32,000 bases of DNA from Nonlabens ponticola (lineage in GTDB: Bacteria > Bacteroidota > Bacteroidia > Flavobacteriales > Flavobacteriaceae). Shown piece by piece: positions 1-8,355 of this stretch. The DNA lies in the NCBI RefSeq assembly GCF_003966335.1, contig NZ_CP034549.1, positions 780,001 to 812,000 of the forward strand, read 5' to 3'. How positions within the stretch are numbered: position 1 is the stretch's first letter; the number at the start of each line of letters is the position of its first letter. The position numbers and the translations under genes were made by a program. A model generated the notes under the pieces. The model was not told where the DNA came from and did no database searches. It was given only the letters and a program-made list of their open reading frames with translations.

Positions 1-666
1 ATGGCTTCGACACTACTTTCAACGAGATTACTTACCGTAGCGCAACAGGAACTCGTCCTGAATAGTGGTCATGGTCTGGTACATTATGCTTGCCTTGAAA
101 TTATAGATCATGAGGTATCGATGATCGATATATCGGCATCTCACATCATAATCACCAGCAGCAATGCAATCACAGCGCTTAAAAAAATCCCTAGAGACCT
201 AATACAACAGGTTTACTGTGTAGGTGAGAAAACTGCAGCGCGAGTAGAGGACATGGGTTTAAAACCAGCTATCGTTTCTAGCAATTCAACACAACTGGCT
301 CACGCCATTTCACAACATCATCCTACACAAGAGTTTCTGTTTCTATGTGGCAAGGATCGACGCGAGGAATTGCCAGCTATTCTCAAGAAGAATAATGTCC
401 TTTTTAAAGAGATAATCGTCTATGAATCGGTGATGGTTCCCAAGAGCTTTGATCGTAAATTTGCAGCAGTTTTGATGTTTAGTCCTCGTGGCGTTTATGC
501 TTTCGCGAAAGCTAATAACGCACAACCAGACAACGTTATATGTATAGGCGAGACGACCGCTCAAGCAGCAAGAGAAATTTATAAGGTCGTGCACGTTGCC
601 ACCAAGCATACGGTAGAAAACGTCATAGTAACCGCTATTAAAGTATTGAACAATGATAAAAAATGA
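1..666 (+). CDS. hemD: Uroporphyrinogen-III synthase (HemD); may be complete, since the ATG sits at window position 1, but an upstream start cannot be excluded
   Basis: 221-aa ORF with HemD-like two-lobe layout (LLSTRLL...IIITSSNAI...FSPRGV...ICIGETTA). Overlaps hemE by 14 nt in a heme operon context. Confidence 0.78.
499..512. repeat. Iterated palindrome GCTTTCGCGAAAGC, copy 1
   Basis: Exact match inside hemD, read as Y-AFAKA-N. Shares the 20-mer TATGCTTTCGCGAAAGCTAA with copy 9. Confidence 0.97.
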
Positions 667-1672
667 TTTATTTCTAAGAGCACTGAGAGGTGAAACAGTA
701 GAGCGACCACCAGTGTGGATGATGCGACAGGCCGGACGTTATTTGCCAGATTTCATGAAGCTTAAAGAGAAATATGACTTTTTTACACGTTGCCGCACGC
801 CAGAGCTAGCTACTGAAATTACCGTCATGCCCATTGAACAAATAGGCCCAGATGCTGCGATCTTATTTTCTGATATTCTCGTGATACCACAAGCCATGAA
901 TATTGAGGTTGAGATGCGACCTGGTGTAGGTCCATGGTTGCCCAATCCCATAAGAACTGCAGCAGATCTTGACCGTGTGGTCGTGCCAGATGTCAAGGAT
1001 TCCTTGAGCTATGTGATGCAGGCTATTGATATGACCAAGGATGCTCTCAACGATGAGGTACCGCTCATAGGTTTTGCAGGATCGCCATGGACTATTTTAT
1101 GTTACTGCGTGCAAGGACAAGGAAGCAAGAATTTTGATAAGGCAAAAGAATTTTGTTTCACCCAGCCGCAAGCAGCGCATGAGTTACTGCAACGCATAAC
1201 AGATACTACCATAGCTTATTTGATAGAAAAGGTAAATCACGGCGTCAATGCCGTGCAGGTTTTTGATTCTTGGGGTGGCATGTTGTCACCAGTGGATTAT
1301 CAAGAATTCTCGTGGAAGTACATACAGCAAATCATCAACGCATTGAAACCTTATACTGAGGTGATTGTTTTTGGTAAAGGTTGCTGGTTTGCACTTAACG
1401 ATATGGCCAAAAGTGGTGCCAGCGCACTAGGCGTCGATTGGACCTGTAGCGCACGCAACGCTCGATATCTTTCGGGTGGTGAAATCACTTTACAAGGAAA
1501 TTTTGACCCATCACGATTATTCTCACCACCTGCGACCATCAAGAAAATGGTCAAGCAGATGATAGATGAATTTGGTAAGGATAAATTTGTAGCAAACCTA
1601 GGTCACGGAATATTGCCCAACATTCCTGTGGAAAATGCGCAAGCCTTTGTGGATGCTGTAAAGGAATATTGA
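653..1672 (+). CDS. hemE: Uroporphyrinogen decarboxylase
   Basis: 339 aa. Canonical N-terminal signature [17 protein letters not shown] and C-terminal NLGHGILP motif. Confidence 0.95.
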
Positions 1673-3009
1673 TGAGTACGTTCCTGCGCAAATACAACAG
1701 GTTCTTGCTGCGCCTATCGCCACAGAGCAATTTGGTGTATGGTTTCTTTATCTATAATCTTATAGGCTTTTTGCTGTTATGTTTGCCTTTTGCGCGCAAA
1801 ACATCCTTGTCGGTCATTGATGTCTTATTTGCATCTACCAGCGCTATATCTACCACTGGATTGCTGACATTAAGCATGCCAGATGATTTCACCTTTTTTG
1901 GGCAGTTTGTGATCATGCTGTTATTTCAAATAGGTGGTATAGGTTACATGACCTTTACCACTTACATACTGCTTAATACTAATAAAAAGGCGAGTGCCTG
2001 GCGCCAGCGCATCCTAAGCGCAGCTTTTTCATTGCCGGATTCTTTGAAGCTTAAGCCATTTTTAAAATCTGTAATTGTATTTACTGTGATTTTTGAAGTA
2101 ATAGGAACTATATTTTTTTACATAGGTTTTGCAGATCAGCCTTGGGGTTTCTGGGAGCGATTGTGGAATAGTTTTTTCCATAGCGTAAGCGCGTTTTGTA
2201 CTGCTGGTTTTAGTCTGTTCAATTCTGGATTTATTGATTATGTCGGTGATGGCTGGATCAATTTTACCATTAGCTTGCTGGCCATCTCTGGTTCCTTAGG
2301 CTTTATCGTGTTTACGGATCTCTGGATGATGGTGAGTAAGAAAAAGCACAAATTAAGCTTCACCTCAAAAATAATCGTCTCGGGTTTTGTGTGCTTATTA
2401 CTGGCAGGTACCAGTATTATGTATTTTGCAGAGCCTGTCATCGCCAGTCTAAAGGCGCCTGGAAGATTTTATGCGGCTTTCTTTCAATCCATGTCTGCGA
2501 TGACAACGGTAGGTTTCAATACATTGGATTTTGGATCTTTTGGACTTGCCATTACCATGATCACCATCTTATTAATGTATATAGGCGCGTCACCTTCAGG
2601 AACTTCAGGTGGCTTAAAAATCACAACGTTCATAGCTAGTATTGCCTATCTGCGCAGTAGGCTCAAAAACTGCAAGGATGTTTTGTTCCTCAATCGATTC
2701 ATACCAGAGCAAAGAGTGCATGTGGCAGTTTCAACCTTTATTTTTTATTTGATGATAAGCTTTTTAGGAATTTTGTTGCTCAGTTTCTCAGAAGATTTCC
2801 CGTTAGACCGCATTGCGTTTGAGACCTTATCTGCTCTGGGAACCGTAGGATTGAGTACAGGCATCACAGGGGACTTGACGATTTTTGGTAAGATTGTGAT
2901 CATTATATTGATGTTTATAGGTCGCTTGGGTGTGTTGACCTTTGGTCTGGCCATAAGCCGCACTTATATTGCTACAAATCATGAAACCAAAGAAGACCTA
3001 GCTATTTAA
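1669..3009 (+). CDS. TrkH/KtrB/HKT-superfamily cation (K+) transporter membrane subunit
   Basis: 446 aa, polytopic. Four pore-loop glycine motifs: [31 protein letters not shown]. The start ATG overlaps the hemE stop (ATGA). Confidence 0.8.
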
Positions 3010-3011
3010 CA

Positions 3012-3791
3012 ATGATCAAAAACGCCCTTAAAGCTCTAGCAGATTACAGACATAGCTTCTCACTGATGAGTAAACTCAAGCTGTGGCAATACTTTTTGGT
3101 GCCTATGTTGATCAGTTTGCTGTTTGGGATATCTATTATCGCAGCGGCTTACGGATTGTCAGATAATCTAGGTAGGCTGATTGCAAGAATGTGGATCTGG
3201 GAAAATGGTCGCGAAGTTGTGGAAACCACCGCAGCCATCGTCAGTGCTTTGCTGATTATCCTATTGGGTTTTATCACCTATAAACACGTGATCATGGCTT
3301 TGAGTGCACCTTTCATGTCGCCAGTAAGCGAAAAGATGGAGCGTCACCTTTTTACTGAACTTCATGAGGACATTGTACACAGAAAGACTAGTAATACATC
3401 TCAACTCATAAGAGGTTTACGTATCAACTTGCGCAATCTACTTTATGAACTTGCTATTACACTGCCGTTATTATTGCTCAGTTTGATACCTGTGATCGGG
3501 ATTGTATTTGCGCTTTGCTCTTTTTTTATACAGTCCTATTATGCGGGTTTTGGTAACATGGATTATACGCTAGAGCGTCATTTTAATTATAGGGATGGCG
3601 TTCGTTTTGTCAAGAATAATAGATGGTATGCAGTAGGTAATGGAATCGTATTTATGGCTGTGTTGCTGATTCCGGTGGTAGGTATTATCCTTGTTTTACC
3701 TCTTTCCGTTACCGCTGCAAGCAAGACAACTCTAGAATTGCTTAGAAAACAAAAACAACTTACAGCCACCGCTCATACTTCAAACAACTAA
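3012..3791 (+). CDS. EI24/CysZ-like integral membrane protein
   Basis: 259 aa with about 4-5 hydrophobic helices. Size and topology recall the EI24-domain proteins annotated in Flavobacteriia. The family assignment is from memory and has not been searched. Confidence 0.5.
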   Translation: MIKNALKALADYRHSFSLMSKLKLWQYFLVPMLISLLFGISIIAAAYGLSDNLGRLIARMWIWENGREVVETTAAIVSALLIILLGFITYKHVIMALSAPFMSPVSEKMERHLFTELHEDIVHRKTSNTSQLIRGLRINLRNLLYELAITLPLLLLSLIPVIGIVFALCSFFIQSYYAGFGNMDYTLERHFNYRDGVRFVKNNRWYAVGNGIVFMAVLLIPVVGIILVLPLSVTAASKTTLELLRKQKQLTATAHTSNN

Positions 3792-3794
3792 ATT

Positions 3795-4709
3795 ATGCAG
3801 TCACAAAAAGATGACTTCTATAAATTCATTACAGAACTTCAGGGCACAATTACATCAAAGCTAGAAGCAGTAGATGGATTAGCTGTTTTTAAAGAAGATC
3901 TTTGGGACCGTGCAGAAGGTGGTGGTGGCCGCTCCAGAGTAATCGAGAATGGAGCTGTTTTTGAAAAAGGTGGTGTTAATATTAGTGCGGTGCACGGCGC
4001 TTTACCAGCTAGTATGCAAACTTACTTCAATGTGCAGGACGCAGATTTTTATGCGACAGGCCTCAGTCTCGTGATACATCCTGAAAACCCTATGGTGCCT
4101 ACCGTGCATGCCAACTTCAGGTATTTTGAAATGTACGATAGGACAGGTGCGATGGTGGATTCTTGGTTTGGCGGTGGGCTGGACTTGACGCCTTATTATT
4201 TGTTTGATGAGGATGCGATACATTTCCATCAGGTCTGCAAGGACGCCTGTGATCGCCATGAAGTTGCCGATTATGAGAAATTCAAAAAGCGTTGTGATGC
4301 TTATTTCCATAATGCACACAGGCATGAGGCTAGAGGTATTGGTGGTTTGTTTTATGATTATTGCCGCCCTACGGATGGTCACAATATGAAGGACTGGCTG
4401 GAGTTTCAGATGGATATGGCCTCTCATTTTTTAGATGCTTATGTTCCCATTGTTGAACGTAGAAAAGACATGAAATACTCTCAAGAACAACGCGACTGGC
4501 AGGAAATACGTCGCGGTAGATACGTTGAGTTTAATCTGGTTCACGATAAGGGAACCTTATTCGGCCTCAAGACAAACGGCCGCATGGAAAGCATCTTGAT
4601 GAGTTTGCCACCAGTCGTTCAATGGAAATATGATTATCATCCAGAGGCTGGTAGCGAAGAAGCCAGACTTATAGAGGTTTTACAAAACCCTAAAGACTGG
4701 ATCGCTTAA
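3795..4709 (+). CDS. hemF: Oxygen-dependent coproporphyrinogen-III oxidase
   Basis: 304 aa. Motifs GGGGRSRVIENGAVFEKGGVNISAVHG, HANFRYFE and RRGRYVEFNLVHDKGTLFGL are typical of HemF. Confidence 0.92.
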   Translation: MQSQKDDFYKFITELQGTITSKLEAVDGLAVFKEDLWDRAEGGGGRSRVIENGAVFEKGGVNISAVHGALPASMQTYFNVQDADFYATGLSLVIHPENPMVPTVHANFRYFEMYDRTGAMVDSWFGGGLDLTPYYLFDEDAIHFHQVCKDACDRHEVADYEKFKKRCDAYFHNAHRHEARGIGGLFYDYCRPTDGHNMKDWLEFQMDMASHFLDAYVPIVERRKDMKYSQEQRDWQEIRRGRYVEFNLVHDKGTLFGLKTNGRMESILMSLPPVVQWKYDYHPEAGSEEARLIEVLQNPKDWIA

Positions 4710-5155
4710 TTATCACTGGCAAACCACTCTGCATAGCTGGTTTCAGTCTCGCGCAGTCTTAAGGAGTGCAACTGGATATTTACAGGTAATCTGTCCTTGA
4801 TTTTTTGTGCAAAATCCTGAATCATCATCTCGCTGGTAGGCTGGTAGTCTGCCAGGATTACATCGTGACCGCGGCCAGCAAGTTCTTTGGCAAGTTCCAC
4901 ATGTGGCGAATTTTTATTGAAAACGGTTGCATGATCAAAGGGATCAACGATTTCTTCTTTCACGATTTTTTTCAAGTCGCCAAAATCGATCACCATACCA
5001 TGTTTCACATGCGACGTATCCATGATAGGTTGACCTATCACGGTCACGGCCAGTTTGTAACTGTGCCCATGAACATTGCGACATTTACCATCATAACCGT
5101 GTAGGGCATGACCGCTCTCAAACGTGAATTCCTTGGTAATACGTACGTTTCCCAT
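4706..5155 (-). CDS. queD: 6-carboxy-5,6,7,8-tetrahydropterin synthase (PTPS family)
   Basis: 149 aa. FESGHAL...CRNVHGHSYKL zinc/catalytic motif of QueD/PTPS. Confidence 0.9.
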   Translation of the reverse strand: MGNVRITKEFTFESGHALHGYDGKCRNVHGHSYKLAVTVIGQPIMDTSHVKHGMVIDFGDLKKIVKEEIVDPFDHATVFNKNSPHVELAKELAGRGHDVILADYQPTSEMMIQDFAQKIKDRLPVNIQLHSLRLRETETSYAEWFASDN

Positions 5156-5289
5156 TATCTATTCTTAAAAAATTTCTTGTAGATGAGCACCACGATCAAT
5201 ACAATGGCAATGATTAGAAATATACCGACGCCACCCATGAATCTTGATAACTGTATGAACCAGTTTTCTTCCAGCAATAATGCAATCAT
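5155..5289 (-). CDS. Hypothetical 44-aa single-pass membrane peptide (MIALLLEENWFIQLSRFMGGVGIFLIIAIVLIVVLIYKKFFKNR), not in the supplied ORF track
   Basis: I translated this by hand. It has an ATG start, one clear hydrophobic helix followed by a basic tail, and a stop TAA that overlaps the queD ATG (TAATG). A TAnnTTTG box lies 14 nt upstream. Confidence 0.35.
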   Translation of the reverse strand: MIALLLEENWFIQLSRFMGGVGIFLIIAIVLIVVLIYKKFFKNR

Positions 5290-5303
5290 GTCTTTAATTT
5301 GTG

Positions 5304-5311
5304 CAAAGATA
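5304..5311 (-). promoter_or_regulatory. Candidate Bacteroidota -7 promoter box (TATCTTTG on the minus strand)
   Basis: Matches the TAnnTTTG -7 consensus and lies just upstream of the small ORF/queD unit. No clear -33 TTTG partner was seen. Confidence 0.3.
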
Positions 5312-5344
5312 GTTAGTTTGAATAGTGTTTTTTGAGGTTGTCAC

Positions 5345-5358
5345 GCTTTCGCGAAAGC
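5345..5358. repeat. Iterated palindrome GCTTTCGCGAAAGC, copy 2
   Basis: Exact match. Intergenic, between the MATE stop (5374) and the small-ORF/queD promoter region. Confidence 0.97.
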
Positions 5359-5373
5359 AAAATATCCATCCAT

Positions 5374-6705
5374 CTATCCTGCAAGAGACTTGATTTGTTT
5401 CTTGAATTTAATGTGCAAAATAATGGCACGACCCATCATCCATAGGAAGAATGCGATCCAGATGGCTTTTAATTCCAGGCCGAAATAGTCCAGCGTGTAA
5501 ATCGCAGGAATAAATAAGGCAACGGTCACGACCAGCAGCAAATTGCGCAGGTAGGACGCCTCGCCCCAACCTTTGAAGATGCCATCATAGACAAAGGCCA
5601 CGGCATTGATGGGCTGCATCAATAGGATGATGAAAAAGGTTTCTATGAACAGACTTATGACCAGTCGATCATCAGTAAACCAGCCACCAATATAGTTGTA
5701 CAATATGGTGAGAATCCCAACCAAAACTGTGGCGACCACCACGGCAAACGTATTTGTTTTTCTGGCAAGTTCCCGTAAACCATTTCCATCACGTGCGCCC
5801 ATGAGCCTACCGCCTATGGCGTTACCGGCATTGGCAAAGCCGTCAATAAAGAAAGAAAAGAACAACCAGATATTCATCAAAATAGCGTGTGTTGCCGCCA
5901 CTTCTACACCATAATCATTGGCAAACCTGTAGGATAGGTAGATGCAAACGTTGATCGCTACGGTGCGCAGGAAAAAGTTGAGCGTCAAGAGTATGTGACG
6001 TTTAAGGTTAGGGTGTGGTTTCCAGTCCAGGCTCAACGAAAAATCGGTTTTCTTGAAAAAGAAATAGATGGCAACCGCAAGCATGGTAGCTTGTGCGATC
6101 AGACTGGCTAATGCCGCACCTGTCAGTCCCATAGGATCTAGGATATCTTGAATGCCGTAAACCAGTAGGTAGTCTAGAACAACATTTACCAAAGCTCCAG
6201 CTATACTGGCTGTCATGGCCCAGCTAGTATTTTGCAAGCCTCTGAAAATCCCGAAAATCGCAAAAGCACTTAATGTCATAGGAAAACCTATTGCTCTGAT
6301 TTGGTAATATCCAGCCGTCATTTCAAGTACTTCACCTTGAGCGTTGTAGAGATCAAAGATGAACGTTGCCAGTGGTGCAGTCACTAGATAAATCAGAATA
6401 CCTAACGAGATATTGATCCAGATCACTTGCGGAATGAGTGCATTGATTTTTTCCAGTTGATTCTCACCCAAAGCTGTTGAGACGATGCTTGAAATAGAGG
6501 TTTTGGTCTGTGCGAGCGTCCAGATAATGGCACTTAAAAACGTTCCAGCGAGACCAGCTGCCGCAAGTGCGTTAACCGAGTCGCCATCCATGTTCCCGAT
6601 CACGGCAATATCTGTGATGCTTATCACAGGCTCTGCAATGCCAGCCAGTATAGCTGGAAACGCAAGTCTTAAGATGTTTTTGGTTGTTACCGTAGGTGCT
6701 GTCAT
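5374..6705 (-). CDS. MATE-family efflux transporter
   Basis: 443 aa with about 12 hydrophobic segments. N-terminal ILRLAFPAILAGIAEPV-type MATE opening. Confidence 0.85.
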   Translation of the reverse strand: MTAPTVTTKNILRLAFPAILAGIAEPVISITDIAVIGNMDGDSVNALAAAGLAGTFLSAIIWTLAQTKTSISSIVSTALGENQLEKINALIPQVIWINISLGILIYLVTAPLATFIFDLYNAQGEVLEMTAGYYQIRAIGFPMTLSAFAIFGIFRGLQNTSWAMTASIAGALVNVVLDYLLVYGIQDILDPMGLTGAALASLIAQATMLAVAIYFFFKKTDFSLSLDWKPHPNLKRHILLTLNFFLRTVAINVCIYLSYRFANDYGVEVAATHAILMNIWLFFSFFIDGFANAGNAIGGRLMGARDGNGLRELARKTNTFAVVVATVLVGILTILYNYIGGWFTDDRLVISLFIETFFIILLMQPINAVAFVYDGIFKGWGEASYLRNLLLVVTVALFIPAIYTLDYFGLELKAIWIAFFLWMMGRAIILHIKFKKQIKSLAG

Positions 6706-6788
6706 GCGTTTACAAACTTACAGCGATTTGAATTTGTATGATGCCGTAAGAATACGGCTGGCAAGACTTATATTTGCGCTTAAATTTT

Positions 6789-6862
6789 GGGGGATTAGCT
6801 CATTTGGCTAGAGCGCTTGCCTGGCAGGCAAGAGGTGACCGGTTCGAATCCGGTATTCTCCA
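6789..6862 (+). tRNA. tRNA-Ala (anticodon GGC)
   Basis: Hand-folded cloverleaf:
- acceptor GGGGGAT/ATTCTCC
- D stem GCTC/GAGC
- anticodon stem CTTGC/GCAAG with loop CTGGCAG (GGC at 6823-6825)
- T arm ACCGG-TTCGAAT-CCGGT
- discriminator A

The G3:U70 Ala identity pair is present. CCA is not encoded. Confidence 0.93.
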
Positions 6863-6868
6863 CTCTAT

Positions 6869-6898
6869 AAAACGCAATCATTCTGATTGCGTTTTTTT
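6869..6898. terminator. Rho-independent terminator hairpin after tRNA-Ala, potentially bidirectional
   Basis: Stem AAAACGCAATCA / TGATTGCGTTTT with loop TTC, followed by a T-run on the plus strand. The reverse strand also reads stem followed by TTTTAT. Confidence 0.7.
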
Positions 6899-6989
6899 AT
6901 TCGCGGACCCGTTGGATTCAAAATCCAATGCTTCATAATGTTTTACTTGGGTGATATTTTCTATAAGCACCTTTGAGAAGTGATTTGGA

Positions 6990-7466
6990 TTATGATACTA
7001 TCAATTCAAAATGCTTTTTTAAAAGCTCAATGGGTGTTCTATGTCCGTTCTCTTCAAAGGTGTGCTTGTAATTGGCATTAGCCTTATTTAAATAGTCAAT
7101 GGTTTGCGTGGGAATGACGATATCATCTTTTTCGCCTAAAACCACCGTGTGCAGAATTGTAGTGTTAGTTATTCTATCTACTTCTGGCTTTTCTACCTGA
7201 TTAGGTGCTAGCGATGGATTGAATAGCAGCGTAGGGATACCAAACTTATTACCTAGATGATAGGCGAGATGACCACCCATGGAACTCCCTATGATCAGAG
7301 CTACATCATGCTTTTCCAATAAACTTGAAAGCTGCGAAAATATGGTTGATCCTTCTACTTTATAATTTAACGCTGGATGGTAAACATGGTGCCCATTGTC
7401 TTTGAGCCAAGAAACCTTGGGTGTCTGATGACTGCTCATGAGTCCATGTAGATAAAGTATGTTCAT
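6990..7466 (-). CDS. YqiA/UPF0227-like small alpha/beta esterase
   Basis: 158 aa. ILYLHGLMSS oxyanion region and GSSMGG nucleophile elbow. Confidence 0.6.
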   Translation of the reverse strand: MNILYLHGLMSSHQTPKVSWLKDNGHHVYHPALNYKVEGSTIFSQLSSLLEKHDVALIIGSSMGGHLAYHLGNKFGIPTLLFNPSLAPNQVEKPEVDRITNTTILHTVVLGEKDDIVIPTQTIDYLNKANANYKHTFEENGHRTPIELLKKHFELIVS

Positions 7467-7515
7467 TTATTGAGTTTTGATCTAATGCTCAAGAATTTTA
7501 TTTGTTACGCTACTT

Positions 7516-8355
7516 CTAATTCTCCTTGAGGAAATTAATACTGCACTGCACCGCTAACCGTAAATCTGCTGGTAATAGCTCTGATTGCCATGGGTGTGAT
7601 GCTCCAAACACATGGTTTGCATTCATAATTAGTGATAACTCAGTCTGGTTGCCAGCTTGATGTAATCGATGTGCATCTTTCACATCAACAGTAGGATCTG
7701 CTGTGCCGTGTATGATTAAGTGCGGGACATTAAGTTTACTAGTTGCGTCACGAATATTTAGGTTTTGTTCATTCTCCACAAAGTCCTCATACATCTGATA
7801 ATTAAATGGCATTTCCTGTTTTGTACGGCCGTTTTTCACGTAGTAGACACCATTTTTTTTCCATTGTTTAAGCTCAGTGCCTTTTGGAAATCGCTCTTGA
7901 TAATCTGCCACGCCTGCAAGTGTAATGAGTTTTTGAATACGAGAATCGTTAGCTGCTGTGATGGTGGTGATACCACCAGCTCTTGAATGACCCAATAAAC
8001 TGATTTCCCCTGGATCATATGGCAAATCACTTAATTCCAACCAATTCAAGACGTGCTGTAGATCTTCTAACTCTTTTGAATAGTTGTTCTCGGCAAAAGC
8101 TTCCAAGTCTGGAAAGTCAATGGGCTGCTGTGGCGTACCACCGTTATGTGAGAAGTTAAACTTGATGAATAGGAATCCCGCTTTCGCGAAAGCGGAACCC
8201 ATCAAATCCCATGCGCCCCAATCTTTGAAACCTTTAAGGCCATGACAAAAAATAACGACTGGCAATTGTGATGTAGATTCATGAAATTTATAATCCAATA
8301 AAATAGTCTTGCCATCGCTTCCTGCGATCTCAACATTGCTTCTAGTGTTCATCAT
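7516..8355 (-). CDS. Alpha/beta hydrolase (serine hydrolase)
   Basis: 279 aa. GHSRAGG nucleophile elbow, HGTADPTV (Asp) and NANHVF (His) triad elements. The start overlaps the stop of the upstream AddB-like gene (ATGA). Confidence 0.7.
   Translation of the reverse strand: MMNTRSNVEIAGSDGKTILLDYKFHESTSQLPVVIFCHGLKGFKDWGAWDLMGSAFAKAGFLFIKFNFSHNGGTPQQPIDFPDLEAFAENNYSKELEDLQHVLNWLELSDLPYDPGEISLLGHSRAGGITTITAANDSRIQKLITLAGVADYQERFPKGTELKQWKKNGVYYVKNGRTKQEMPFNYQMYEDFVENEQNLNIRDATSKLNVPHLIIHGTADPTVDVKDAHRLHQAGNQTELSLIMNANHVFGASHPWQSELLPADLRLAVQCSINFLKEN
8180..8193. repeat. Iterated palindrome GCTTTCGCGAAAGC, copy 3
   Basis: Exact match inside the alpha/beta hydrolase, read as GS-AFAKA-GF. The palindrome extends to 16 bp (CGCTTTCGCGAAAGCG, 8179-8194). 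Confidence 0.97.

Noticed and set aside
1788-1801. A second 14-bp perfect palindrome, TTTTGCGCGCAAAA, inside the TrkH-like gene
   Set aside because: It occurs once. About two arbitrary 14-bp palindromes are expected by chance in 32 kb (4^-7 per position). It differs from the iterated word apart from a G/C core flanked by T/A runs.
4002-4427. 141-aa minus-strand ORF and a 61-aa plus-strand ORF inside hemF
   Set aside because: They are fully nested in a gene with strong HemF motifs. They show no recognisable motifs and a composition typical of off-frame or antisense translation.
6485-6811. 108-aa plus-strand ORF running from inside the MATE gene into the tRNA
   Set aside because: It is antisense to the MATE transporter and its 3' end overlaps a well-folded tRNA-Ala, so it is not credible as a gene.
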